Shown here one piece after another: positions 1 through 9,018 of a stretch of DNA of 61,795 nt. Position numbers and translations under genes: made by a program. The stretch covers positions 1 to 61,795 of the IMG/VR virus record IMGVR_UViG_3300031825_000009. One strand, given 5' to 3'. The notes under the pieces are model-generated. The model ran no database searches, had not been told where the DNA came from, and saw nothing but the letters and a program-made list of their open reading frames with translations. Source of the stretch: a virus. Lineage: Duplodnaviria > Caudoviricetes. Position 1 is the stretch's first letter; every line of letters begins with the position of its first letter.

Positions 1-2330
1 GTGATCTCGGCCTCAGTGTTCGCGGTGTGGATCGGGACCGTGAAGGTTCCGCTGCGCAGCCTCGATCTGGTCTGGGCCAGCGGGTCCCAACGATCCTCTG
101 CGACGCACTTGAAGTACCTCGGAGCCCGCTTCCCGCAGCGCACGGCGACGGTGAAGTCGGAACTCTCGGCGTACTCGAAGCTGATCCGAAGGAGCTGCGT
201 CTTGCCGGCCGTGACGGCTGTCGAGCCTTGGCCGGCATCCCGCTGCTTCCTGGGCCAGATCGTCGAGAGCCGGTAGGTCGAGGGGATGCGCTCTCCGATC
301 CAGAGCGGGGTGCTGTTCCAGTTGCCTTTGAACTGGATGGTGTAGCCGTTGACCGCGATCGGCTTGATCACGTCGCCGGCCTGGGTGACGCCGACGTAGT
401 CCGTGATCGGGGCGCCGTTCCGCATCCGACCGGCGAGGTAGGGCAGGCGGACGTTCGTGCGGACCAGCTTGGTGCCTGCTCCGAGGACGGTTCGCGGGAG
501 GTCGGACGACTTCACGCGGCGGTCCAGGTGCAGCGCCCCGGCGACGCCTGCGGTCCACTCGTCGCGAAAGGCCGGTTCGAGCGGGAGGGTCTCCAGGTAC
601 AGGCCGTCTCCGGCCCTGTTCACCGTGAGGTAGAGGTCATCGTCGATCGCCACAATCGAGAGAATGTTGGCGTCGGACCCGAAGTCCCACTCGGACCAAG
701 CTGACTGGATGCGCTGGCGCTCCGCCGTCAGGTGCTTGTAGACGTAGAGCTTCGAGGGAGCCCGCGACGAGAGGGCGAACAGGAGGCCGAAGTTCGGGAC
801 CGCGATCAGCCGCCGAAGGGGGCTCGGAATGTAGCGGGGGACGTGCTCGGTGATCGGGTCGCCGAAGGCCGTGTTGGTGTCCTTGTCGACCTGATATTCG
901 AGAATGTTCGTCCACCGCCCCGCCGAGGTCGGCAGGTACATGACGCTCCCCGATACGGCCGGCCGTACCGACGTCTGGATGGTGTAGCCGCTGATCGGCT
1001 TGATGCTCACCGTCTTGGCCGTCAGGAGGTCCCCGCCGGAAAGGCGGAGCTGGTTCTGGGCCGAGGTGAGGATCAGGTCGCCGTTGAGGGGCACGACGTG
1101 CTCAAGGAGCGTGACTTGCGTGTGCGTCGCGGTCACGTCGATCGGGTCCTCGTCGACCAGGGTGACGACGGTGGTCCTCCAGAAGTCGAAGAACTCGCCG
1201 GCCCGGCTCATGACGACACCCTCGTCGGATGCCAGCCCGAGCCGGTTCGCCTCGAAGAACACGTCGCTGATCCGCCGGCCGATGAAGCTCGGGGGCGGGT
1301 TGAGGTCCTCGTCCCCGACCTTGCGGGAAACCCACGATGCGGCCTTGAACAGGAAGGTGCCGTCGGCCTGCCGGACGAGCACATGGGGCATCGTGGCCGG
1401 GTCGATGGTGTTCTTGAGCCCGCCCTTGCGGGTCTCGTTCCAGACGCCATTGCCCTGGATGCCGTCGCCATCGAACCGGACGTAGTAGTTGTCGAAGCCG
1501 TTGTCCGTGTCGCCGGCCACCTCGATCGTGAAGCCGTTCGGCCCCTGCACCGGGAGGTCGGAGAACTTCTGCACGACGTCCTTGCAGCCCACCATTGCGG
1601 TGCCGTTGTAGCCGTCGTCCACGCGGAGCTTGAAGTCCCCGCTGTCCACCCGCCGGAGCCAGATCGTCTCGCCACCGACCAGCCCGCAGCGCCAGCGGCC
1701 GCCGTTGTACCCGGCCTTGCGGAGCTGCTCGTAGAGCTGTCGGGCGATGTAGGCCGTGTCGATTTTGCGGGCGTCGGCCGCCTTGTCCCCGTCCGGCGTT
1801 TCGAAGGACGCAACCTTGTTGCCGTTCACGTACACCCGGTAGGTGCGGCCGTAGTTGCCGGCCTTCACCGAGATGAGGGCCTCAGCCGGGCGAGCCGCCG
1901 TCACCGTCGGGTGCATCGCCGCCTTGACCTGCGTGTTGAGGACGAAGGTGTAGTCGGCCACCGTCACGGCGCGGAGCTTATCGATCGGCGACGCAGCCCC
2001 CAGGCGGAGGTAGCGGGCCGCCGCGGCGTTCTCGAACTTCACCACCTTCTTCGTCCCGTCGAGGCTGTAGACCCGGAGGTCTGCATTCGCGCCGAACACC
2101 ACGACATATCGCTCGCTGGTGTCCCGGTTGATCTCGTGGACGAAGGCGTTCTGCCCGAGGGCGGCGCCGAGCCGCGCGACGTGGATCGTCGGCGGGCGCT
2201 TGCGGAGCCCGTCCGAGGAGGTGGAGTACCAGTTGACCTGGGCGTCGGCCTGCGTCGGCAGGCGAAGCTCCTGGGGCTGCTGGCTGATCCCGTTGACGAA
2301 GTGCGGGATGGTCCCGCTGACCATCGGCAT
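1..2330 (-). CDS. Tail tubular protein B (T7 gp12-like), truncated by window edge
   Basis: ATG at 2330 overlapping gp11 stop; N-terminus MPMVSGTIPHFVNGISQQPQELRLPTQADAQVNWYSTSSDGLRKRPP carries the gp12 G-SQQP...GL-KRPP signature. Confidence 0.88.
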   Translation of the reverse strand, partial: MPMVSGTIPHFVNGISQQPQELRLPTQADAQVNWYSTSSDGLRKRPPTIHVARLGAALGQNAFVHEINRDTSERYVVVFGANADLRVYSLDGTKKVVKFENAAAARYLRLGAASPIDKLRAVTVADYTFVLNTQVKAAMHPTVTAARPAEALISVKAGNYGRTYRVYVNGNKVASFETPDGDKAADARKIDTAYIARQLYEQLRKAGYNGGRWRCGLVGGETIWLRRVDSGDFKLRVDDGYNGTAMVGCKDVVQKFSDLPVQGPNGFTIEVAGDTDNGFDNYYVRFDGDGIQGNGVWNETRKGGLKNTIDPATMPHVLVRQADGTFLFKAASWVSRKVGDEDLNPPPSFIGRRISDVFFEANRLGLASDEGVVMSRAGEFFDFWRTTVVTLVDEDPIDVTATHTQVTLLEHVVPLNGDLILTSAQNQLRLSGGDLLTAKTVSIKPISGYTIQTSVRPAVSGSVMYLPTSAGRWTNILEYQVDKDTNTAFGDPITEHVPRYIPSPLRRLIAVPNFGLLFALSSRAPSKLYVYKHLTAERQRIQSAWSEWDFGSDANILSIVAIDDDLYLTVNRAGDGLYLETLPLEPAFRDEWTAGVAGALHLDRRVKSSDLPRTVLGAGTKLVRTNVRLPYLAGRMRNGAPITDYVGVTQAGDVIKPIAVNGYTIQFKGNWNSTPLWIGERIPSTYRLSTIWPRKQRDAGQGSTAVTAGKTQLLRISFEYAESSDFTVAVRCGKRAPRYFKCVAEDRWDPLAQTRSRLRSGTFTVPIHTANTEAEI

Positions 2331-3388
2331 CAGACGACCAGCCGGCCCCACGGGCGGACCACGACGCCACTGTAGCCGTCGAGGAGGGACACGCCGCTCT
2401 GGGCGATGCGCTCCAGGTCGTAGCGCTTCAGGCGATCTCGGGCCTCTCTGAGCCGCTTCTCGGCGACCGCAAGGGATGCCTGGGAGCCCCCGGTGGAGGC
2501 GGCCAGCGCCAGCGAGGCGGAGGCTACGGCAGCATCCTGGGCGGCCCTCGGCAGCTCGCCCCAGACGAGGCTCCAGACGGCCTTCACCGTGATGGCCTTC
2601 TCGAACACAAAGGAGCCGGTGGTCGTGTTGATCAGCCGGCGCTCGGTGCCCACGAGCCGCACGGCCACGGGTGCCAGGAGCGGATCGGTGCAGTCGACAT
2701 GGAGGACGCCGCTCGGGAGGACGATGTGGCCGGCCTCGTTGGGCGTGAGCACGAGGCCCTTGGTGGTGTTGAAGAACCACCCCTCGGCGAGGATGCTCTC
2801 GACCTCCGGGACGAGGAGGCGCTGGCTGCGCCGCGGGAGCGGGCCTAGGCGGTCCTCGAATGCCTTCTCGATCTCCTCGCGCTCCAGCCGCAGGCGGGCG
2901 TAGCGGAGGCGCCGGTCAGCCGCTTCGAGGAGCTTCTCCTCGGCCGCCGACGACAGGATGATGTCCAAGATGGCCTGGGCGACCGCCACGTCCTGCACGA
3001 TGCGGGGCATCTCGTCCCACGCCAGCAGCCACGTCACCTGGACGGTGATCGGGCTGGTGAACGCCAGCGAATGCGTGTCCGATCGGAAGAGGGTGCGGAC
3101 GCCCGCGTACCTGCGCTCGGAGACCGTCAGATCCGGCGGGTTAGTGACCGCGACCTGGATGGCCTTGTTCGGCACCAGGATGCGGCCGTTGGGCTGCGGG
3201 GCCAGGGTAAGCCCGCTGGTGGTGTTGAAGTACCAGCCCTCGGCCATGAGGCTTTCGGCGCTGGTCGTCAGGAGGAGTTGAGCCCGCTCAGCCAGGGGAC
3301 CACCCTGGGCGACGGACGCTACCGCCTCTTCCTGGAGGCCGGCCAGCACAAGGTTGACGGCCTCAAGCATCGTGAGTTGTTCGGCCAT
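2330..3388 (-). CDS. Tail tubular protein A (T7 gp11-like), internally duplicated
   Basis: LEAVNLVL N-terminus, two GW(Y/F)FN motifs, position between capsid and gp12. Confidence 0.85.
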   Translation of the reverse strand: MAEQLTMLEAVNLVLAGLQEEAVASVAQGGPLAERAQLLLTTSAESLMAEGWYFNTTSGLTLAPQPNGRILVPNKAIQVAVTNPPDLTVSERRYAGVRTLFRSDTHSLAFTSPITVQVTWLLAWDEMPRIVQDVAVAQAILDIILSSAAEEKLLEAADRRLRYARLRLEREEIEKAFEDRLGPLPRRSQRLLVPEVESILAEGWFFNTTKGLVLTPNEAGHIVLPSGVLHVDCTDPLLAPVAVRLVGTERRLINTTTGSFVFEKAITVKAVWSLVWGELPRAAQDAAVASASLALAASTGGSQASLAVAEKRLREARDRLKRYDLERIAQSGVSLLDGYSGVVVRPWGRLVV

Positions 3389-3400
3389 TGGCCTCCGAAG

Positions 3401-3434
3401 AAAAAACAGCCGGAGCCCCCGAAGGAGCCCCGGC
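3401..3434 (-). terminator. T-phi-like intrinsic terminator after major capsid gene
   Basis: GCCGGGGCTCC-TTCG-GGGGCTCCGGC hairpin followed by TGTTTTTT. Confidence 0.85.
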
Positions 3435-3477
3435 CGAAGTTGGTGGAGACGTAGAAGAGAGTTAGGCCGCCCCTAGA

Positions 3478-4413
3478 TCAGGGGGCCGTGGCCGCGCGAA
3501 GCTCGACGGCCGCCTTCGGCTGAAGGATGCCGTGGCCCATCGCGTACTTGGCCACCATCAGGGTGCCCTGGTGGCGGACGCTGTACTCGCTCTCCATCGC
3601 GAGGTCGAGGAGCTTCACGGTGCCCACCGCGGTCTTGTTCATGACGAGGCCGACGGTGTTCGTGAAGTCGCCCTGGTAGGCGGTCGGGCCGGCGTTGACG
3701 TTGGTCGACGGCAGGTTGTTCGTCTTGACGACGGTCAGGCCCGCGACGGCCTCGAACTTGCCGGTCGAGTACGCACCCGAGCCGCCCCAATCCTTGTTCA
3801 GGATCTTGGTGTTCTGGGCGGCGAGGTAATACTGCGCCGGGCGGAGGAACACGTAGCGCTCGCCGTCCGGGACGTTCTTCTCGTCGAGCGTCTGCTGCGC
3901 CGAGAACATGCCCGCGGCCAGCTTGTCGCTGTCCGTGTCGAAGTCCGCGTTGTAGAGGATCGAGCCGCCGGCATCGCCGGCGATGGTCGCCGAAGCGCGG
4001 GCGGCGAGAACGCCGACCTGGGCCACGTTCTTGTCGAACGCCTGCGCGAGGGCGTCGCCGAGCTGGCGGGAATACTCGCCGCGAACGTCGTAGTGGTTCA
4101 TCGCCTCGTCGATGTTCGGGATAGCGACGTTCGCGATCAGGAGGTCATCGATCGTGATCACCCGCTCGGAGTGGGCGATCGAGGCGCCGGCGATCTCGGC
4201 GCCCGGCGTGTGGTAGGACGCGGTCGTCTTGCCGGTGGCCGGGAACTGCGCCGACTTTCCGTTCTCGATCATGCGGACGGTATGCTTGTCGAGGAAGACA
4301 GTCGCGGCATTGAACGACACGATGACCTCTCCGCCGAACTGCTTGAGGAAGAGGGCCTTCTTGTCGACGCCGCCGTTGTCGGCGCCGAGACGGGAGACAG
4401 TGAGGTTGCTCAC
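3478..4413 (-). CDS. Major capsid protein (T7 gp10-like)
   Basis: ALFLKQFGGEV, GKSAQFP, ITIDDLL, HYDVRGEYSRQLGDALA, AMGHGILQP motifs; GTG start at 4413. Confidence 0.95.
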   Translation of the reverse strand: MSNLTVSRLGADNGGVDKKALFLKQFGGEVIVSFNAATVFLDKHTVRMIENGKSAQFPATGKTTASYHTPGAEIAGASIAHSERVITIDDLLIANVAIPNIDEAMNHYDVRGEYSRQLGDALAQAFDKNVAQVGVLAARASATIAGDAGGSILYNADFDTDSDKLAAGMFSAQQTLDEKNVPDGERYVFLRPAQYYLAAQNTKILNKDWGGSGAYSTGKFEAVAGLTVVKTNNLPSTNVNAGPTAYQGDFTNTVGLVMNKTAVGTVKLLDLAMESEYSVRHQGTLMVAKYAMGHGILQPKAAVELRAATAP

Positions 4414-4589
4414 GTAGTGTGGTTTCCAGTGTGCGGGGTTGAGGGGGAACGTGTCCGCCTCGGTCCGTCCGCTGGAACGCAAGGATTGTCCTTCGCTTCG
4501 CCCCCTCGGGGACTTGGCGTCGGGTCGCTCGGTTCTGTCGGTAGGTCCGGGGAACCGTAGTCGCCGATCAGAAGATCAGCGCGACTTGC

Positions 4590-4835
4590 TCAGACGGTTC
4601 CGGGGATGCTCACTGGAATGAGGGCCGGGGCGTACCTTTCGGCAGAGGCCCCGGCCATGTCGTGTATGGGCGTAGCTACCCCTCTCGGGATAAACGGTCG
4701 CCAAGGAGAAGTGGGCGCCGCGAGTGTGCCGAACGGCAGGGAAACCCCGCCGTCCGCGTCATCCTCGTCCGACAGGGGGATGGGTTCGCCTCCCCACATG
4801 CCGTCCCAAGGATCGTCGTTCGGGTCCTCGATCAC
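4590..4835 (-). CDS. Hypothetical protein (uncertain)
   Basis: GTGA overlap with holin stop; 3' part overlaps hairpin-rich capsid leader. Confidence 0.3.
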   Translation of the reverse strand: MIEDPNDDPWDGMWGGEPIPLSDEDDADGGVSLPFGTLAAPTSPWRPFIPRGVATPIHDMAGASAERYAPALIPVSIPGTV

Positions 4836-5035
4836 GCCGGCTTGGCGGGACCCTTGTCGTCCGGCCAGAAGACCTGGATGGCGCCGGCTACGGCGACCGC
4901 GAGGGCCACGAGCGCCTCCATCTGGTCCGGACCGATGGCAACGCCGAAGACGGCGGCCACGGCCACGAGGCCCTGCCACGTCGACCGCTCCTTGGCGCGG
5001 GAGGCGACGAAGCGGGCGAGCTTCTTGAAGTCCAC
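4832..5035 (-). CDS. Holin-like membrane protein
   Basis: AAGGAG SD then GTG; KERSTWQGL motif and two hydrophobic segments; follows the lysin. Confidence 0.7.
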   Translation of the reverse strand: MDFKKLARFVASRAKERSTWQGLVAVAAVFGVAIGPDQMEALVALAVAVAGAIQVFWPDDKGPAKPA

Positions 5036-5043
5036 GGTTCTCC

Positions 5044-5580
5044 TTACTTCTCGTTGGTCGAAATGGCCCCGGACGCGGCGAGGATCACCGGCCGAACATT
5101 CGCCGGCTGGGCGATGCGCCACTTCGGGCGGCGAACGGCGATGCACCGGCTCTTGGCGATGCGCGTGATGCACACCCTGTCGCTCTGGTTGCCCCCGAGG
5201 ACATGGTAGTAGCCGGCGCTGTCCTCGCCGACGTAGAGGCCGACGTGTCCACCGCCGTCCCGGACGAAGACCAAAATGTCGCCGAGGGAGGCGCGGTCGG
5301 CGGGCTGGCCGAACGTCGACCAGTTGCGAGCCCAGAGCGGGTCCTTGACCGGCTCCCAGGTGGCCCGCTTCGCGATGACTGCCGCGAACAGGCCACACCA
5401 CGGGATGCTGTCCGCGGAGTAGACGGACGAGAGGCCGACCTCCTTCGCCCAGGCCATGATGGTCGGGCTGTTGCCCGAGCCGGGAACCTCGACGGTCCCG
5501 TAGAGGGCGAGCGCCTCAAGAAGGATGCGCGGGCCGGGCTCCTTCGAGAGCCAAGCGTAGGCGGACGGGAGGGCCGCCAT
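5044..5580 (-). CDS. Endolysin, TIGR02594/NlpC-P60-like peptidoglycan hydrolase
   Basis: IPWCGLF (Cys), GHVGLY (His), VLGGNQSD motifs. Confidence 0.85.
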   Translation of the reverse strand: MAALPSAYAWLSKEPGPRILLEALALYGTVEVPGSGNSPTIMAWAKEVGLSSVYSADSIPWCGLFAAVIAKRATWEPVKDPLWARNWSTFGQPADRASLGDILVFVRDGGGHVGLYVGEDSAGYYHVLGGNQSDRVCITRIAKSRCIAVRRPKWRIAQPANVRPVILAASGAISTNEK

Positions 5581-6347
5581 CAGATGCGCGACCGCGAGAG
5601 CTTGTCGACCACGTCCTGCCGGAACGCCGGGTCGGTCTTGTACTTCGGGTTCGCGATGTCGGCGAGCCACTCGGCTTGCGAGCGGTAGACACCGCCGCCA
5701 CCGGCCCCGACGCGCGGGGTGTCGAGGTAGGCCGGCTCCTTGCCGTTGGCCGCCTCGTAGGCGACCTTGAGGGCACGGACCTGAGCCTGAAGCTCGGCCA
5801 TCGAGCCGGTCGCAGACGCCTTGTTGAAGGCCGCGATCTGCTCCTTCGAGTAGCCGGTGGCCGCCCAGGCGAGCATGGCCTTGGCCTGCTCCTCGCCCCC
5901 GACCTCGGCGTAGAGGTCAGCGACGATGCGCTCGCCCTCGGCCCGCTTCGAGCCGATGTAGTCGTCGACCAGGGCCTTCGGGATGCCGGCCGCTTCGAGC
6001 TTGGCATAGCTCGCCTCGGACAGGGCGCCAGCGGTCTGGACCTCAGTGGCGAGGGCGTCGTAGTCGATCCCCTTGGCCGCAAGATCGGCCTCGACCTTCT
6101 GGTCTCCGGGGACCTTCTCGGGCGGAGTGTCCGTGGCAGCCGGCGGCGTATCCTCGGCCGCGGGCGGCGGAGCCTCTTCCCGGCCGGCCGTGCCCTGCTT
6201 GCGCTCCAGCTCGGAGTACGCCTTGGCGAGGTCCTCGGGGCTCTTGAACTTCTCCGGGAGCCACGCCGGGCGGTCTGTGGCCGGCGGCGGCGGGGCGTCG
6301 GGGCCGGTCGGCTCCGGCACGAACTCGACGCGGGTGACCTCACCCAT
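5580..6347 (-). CDS. Capsid scaffolding protein (T7 gp9-like)
   Basis: RPAWLPEKFKSPEDLAKAYSELE and C-terminal PKYKTDPAFRQDVVDKL motifs. Confidence 0.9.
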   Translation of the reverse strand: MGEVTRVEFVPEPTGPDAPPPPATDRPAWLPEKFKSPEDLAKAYSELERKQGTAGREEAPPPAAEDTPPAATDTPPEKVPGDQKVEADLAAKGIDYDALATEVQTAGALSEASYAKLEAAGIPKALVDDYIGSKRAEGERIVADLYAEVGGEEQAKAMLAWAATGYSKEQIAAFNKASATGSMAELQAQVRALKVAYEAANGKEPAYLDTPRVGAGGGGVYRSQAEWLADIANPKYKTDPAFRQDVVDKLSRSRI

Positions 6348-6504
6348 AGGTGACCACCGCGATGCCGTTGGAGTGGACCTTGCGGGTGGCCTTGCGGCCG
6401 TCCTCGGTGGTGATCTCGGTCACGGCCAGGGCCGGTCCGGCCACCGGGGCCGTCGGGGTCTCGGCAGACGCCTCGGGGGCGTCCGCGGCAGGCTTACGCG
6501 CTAT
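6340..6504 (-). CDS. Small hypothetical protein (54 aa) with putative ATA start; absent from ORF track
   Basis: GGAG-N7-ATA GCG CGT AAG; fills the portal-scaffold gap and overlaps both neighbours. Confidence 0.55.
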   Translation of the reverse strand: MARKPAADAPEASAETPTAPVAGPALAVTEITTEDGRKATRKVHSNGIAVVTYG

Positions 6505-8041
6505 TGCTCGTCTCCATTTGCTTCTGGGCCATTCCGCCCATTTGGTTGATGGCGTTCGGCCCGAGCTTCTCGGCGAGCTGCATGAGCATGGCCTGCTGCT
6601 GCTGGGCCTGGACTTCCTCCTTGGACAGGAGGAGGCCGTCGATCTCGATCCCGAGGGCGACCGCCCGCCGGGTCAGGTAGTCCTGCCAGTCGATGTACTG
6701 CGCGAGCTGCGGCGCGATCTGGACGGTGGCTGCGAGCGCGTCGAGGCGGTCGAGGTCCTGCCCGCGGCCGATCGCTTCGAGGCCCGTCACGACCGCCGGC
6801 TTGATCTCCGGCGGCAGCGGCGGAAGCTCGCCCTGCTTCTGGAGCTGGAACATGCGGCGGTTGATGAACGGGAGCTGGAGCTCGACGGACATGAGGGAGT
6901 AGATTCCTCCCATCGCGTCGTCCAGCTCGCGGGCCATGAAGCGGATCTCCTCCGCCGTCACCCGCTCGCCATTCCGCTGGATCGCGGTGTTGAGGAGGAA
7001 CGCGAAGGAGAGGCGCTGCTCCAGGGCCGCGACGCGCTCCAGGGTGACCCTGAAGTCCGCGTACTTCTCGACCTGGAACGCCTTGACGGCGTCGTGCTCG
7101 GCGACGACGAAGCCGCCGTTGACGCAGCCTGTGAGGTCGTCCGGTCGGACCGTGGCGCCGGGCTTGATCAGGTTGATGATGCGGGCCGCGATCTGGGCGG
7201 CATCATCGAGCGCCTTGGACTGCGTCTCCAGGGTCGCGAGATCGCCGATGTACTCCTCGACGAAGCCGCGGCCGTAGTCCTCGCCGTCGACCTTCATCCA
7301 GCGAACGGCGATCCACGGGGTCTTGTCGGTCGGGAAGGTGCCGATGGAGCCGGGGACGACGATGCCCTCGATCTCCTGGTGCGTCTTGTACCGCTTCTTC
7401 GGCCCTTCGAGCTGGACGTAGGTGTAGACGTCCACCGTGTCGACCTCGGGGGTCTTGGCGTCAGCGGGCTTCACAACGTCCACGGCGGCCCGAACCTTCT
7501 CGGGGAGCGTCTCTCGGGCGACCGCCTCCTTCACGACGATCTCCAGGACCGTGCCGTCCGGGGACCGCTTCACGACGTACTTGTCGAGGCGGAACACGCG
7601 GAGGCCGCCGGAGGGCGGAAGGTAGAGAAGGACGTTGCCGGAGACGGCCAGGAGGCGGAAGGCTTCGTAGAAGGAGACCCGCAGGGCCTCGGCGTCCATC
7701 GTCTGGATGACCTTGCGGACGATCTTGGCGAGCCCGCGATCGACCTCGGCCTTCATGCCCTGCTGCTTCGTCAGCTCCTCAAGGGTCATCTCGTCGATGG
7801 CCAGCTTGAAGAAGGGGACGTTGGGCGGGAACTGGCTGATCAGGAGCTTCGCGGCGATGTTGTTTAGGCCGCGAGCCCCGATGCTCTGGTACGGGCTCGG
7901 CAGGGCGGCCCCAGGCTGGAGGCCCTCCGGAGGGAACAGGGCCGGGATAGTGAGCGTTGCGCACTTCCGGGCCATGTCCAGGTAGGGCTGTCGTGTCGCC
8001 TGGAGCCGGGCATACCGAGCGGAGGCGATGCCCTCGCTCAA
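6494..8041 (-). CDS. Head-tail connector / portal (T7 gp8-like)
   Basis: PYQSIGARGLNN, GEDYGRGFVEEYIGDL, ERVTAEEIR, VTGLEAIGRGQD. Confidence 0.95.
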   Translation of the reverse strand: MSEGIASARYARLQATRQPYLDMARKCATLTIPALFPPEGLQPGAALPSPYQSIGARGLNNIAAKLLISQFPPNVPFFKLAIDEMTLEELTKQQGMKAEVDRGLAKIVRKVIQTMDAEALRVSFYEAFRLLAVSGNVLLYLPPSGGLRVFRLDKYVVKRSPDGTVLEIVVKEAVARETLPEKVRAAVDVVKPADAKTPEVDTVDVYTYVQLEGPKKRYKTHQEIEGIVVPGSIGTFPTDKTPWIAVRWMKVDGEDYGRGFVEEYIGDLATLETQSKALDDAAQIAARIINLIKPGATVRPDDLTGCVNGGFVVAEHDAVKAFQVEKYADFRVTLERVAALEQRLSFAFLLNTAIQRNGERVTAEEIRFMARELDDAMGGIYSLMSVELQLPFINRRMFQLQKQGELPPLPPEIKPAVVTGLEAIGRGQDLDRLDALAATVQIAPQLAQYIDWQDYLTRRAVALGIEIDGLLLSKEEVQAQQQQAMLMQLAEKLGPNAINQMGGMAQKQMETSNSA

Positions 8042-8253
8042 GTCGGGATATTGAGCCCTGTACGACCCATGCCGCTGCCGGCGGCTAGGTCGATCTTGAG
8101 GGCGTTACGCCCGGACCGCTTGGTCGAGGTCACGCGCTTGGCGGCGGCGCTGTCGCCGGTGCCGAAGTTCGGCGGGGTGGCCGGATCGCTCGGCGGAGCC
8201 GGCGCTGGGGCCGGGGCTTCTGCCTGCTTGATGCTCGGCTTCGTGGGGCACAC
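8038..8253 (-). CDS. Small virion-associated protein (gp6.7/7.3-like)
   Basis: AGGAG SD, MC start, C-terminal GRNALKIDL...TGLNIP directly before portal. Confidence 0.65.
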   Translation of the reverse strand: MCPTKPSIKQAEAPAPAPAPPSDPATPPNFGTGDSAAAKRVTSTKRSGRNALKIDLAAGSGMGRTGLNIPT

Positions 8254-8462
8254 TAGGTGGATGGCTCCTGTTGCTTGCGGTAGATCTCCAGGAGCCGAGC
8301 CGCGAGGCCCCGCTCTCCGACCATGATCCAGATCTTCCGGTCCGGCATCTCCGGGTCCGGGAGCTTCTCCGGGTAGTTCTGTGAGAGCCAGTCGGCCAGC
8401 TCTGGAGTGATCTTCGGGAGGTCGGGCTGGCGGAGGGTGGCCCCTATTCCGCTGACTTTCAC
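8253..8462 (-). CDS. Hypothetical phage protein
   Basis: GTGA-coupled ORF LPKITPELADWLSQNYPEKLP...IWIMVGERGL upstream of the structural module. Confidence 0.6.
   Translation of the reverse strand: MKVSGIGATLRQPDLPKITPELADWLSQNYPEKLPDPEMPDRKIWIMVGERGLAARLLEIYRKQQEPST
8428..8451 (-). promoter_or_regulatory. Putative phage RNAP promoter (late)
   Basis: CGGAATAGGGGCCACCCTCCGCCA, 22/24 identical to 21774-21797; lies upstream of the structural genes. Confidence 0.7.
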
Positions 8463-8794
8463 CGATGGTCTCCGCTGCCGCCAAGGACACCGCGGCGGGC
8501 GCGGTCTCGGGTCTTCTCGGTGTTCATCTGGGCGACCGTGCTGAGCTTGTAGCCCAGCAAGCGGGCGGTGTTGGCGACGTACCAAAGGACGTCCCCAAGC
8601 TCCTCGGCGGTGACCATGCGGTCCCACTCGGTGAACCGGCCGCCCCGGTCCCGGTAGACCTTCTTGACCTTCTCGGCGACCTCTCCCGCCTCTCCGCAGA
8701 GGCCGAAGACGCTCGCCGGGAGCATGTGCTCCGGGACGGTGACGACGTCGTGCTCGGCCGCGGCGTCCTGGAAGGCGTCGAAGTCGTTGGTCAC
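8459..8794 (-). CDS. MazG-like NTP pyrophosphohydrolase
   Basis: GLCGEAGEVAEKVKK...EELGDVLWYVA. Confidence 0.9.
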   Translation of the reverse strand: MTNDFDAFQDAAAEHDVVTVPEHMLPASVFGLCGEAGEVAEKVKKVYRDRGGRFTEWDRMVTAEELGDVLWYVANTARLLGYKLSTVAQMNTEKTRDRARRGVLGGSGDHR

Positions 8795-9018
8795 GACGCC
8801 TCCAGGGCGGAGATGTAGACGTCGAGCGCGTGCCGGGCCTTCTTCAGGTCCTCGACACCGCCCTTGTCCTGCCAGCGGGTGACGTACTTGACGACGGCAC
8901 CCTCGACGAAGCCGAGCTTGTTGGCGATGCAGTAGACGATCGGCTGGATCGCCAGCTTGGTGTAGTGGTCCCCGCCGACCTGTTCGGCCAGCGGGGAGGT
9001 CTTCGAAGCGTGCGTCAT
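8791..9018 (-). CDS. DUF3310-family protein (T7 gp1.7-related)
   Basis: QVGGDHY...GAVVKYVTRWQDKGGVEDLKKARH. Confidence 0.8.
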   Translation of the reverse strand: MTHASKTSPLAEQVGGDHYTKLAIQPIVYCIANKLGFVEGAVVKYVTRWQDKGGVEDLKKARHALDVYISALEAS

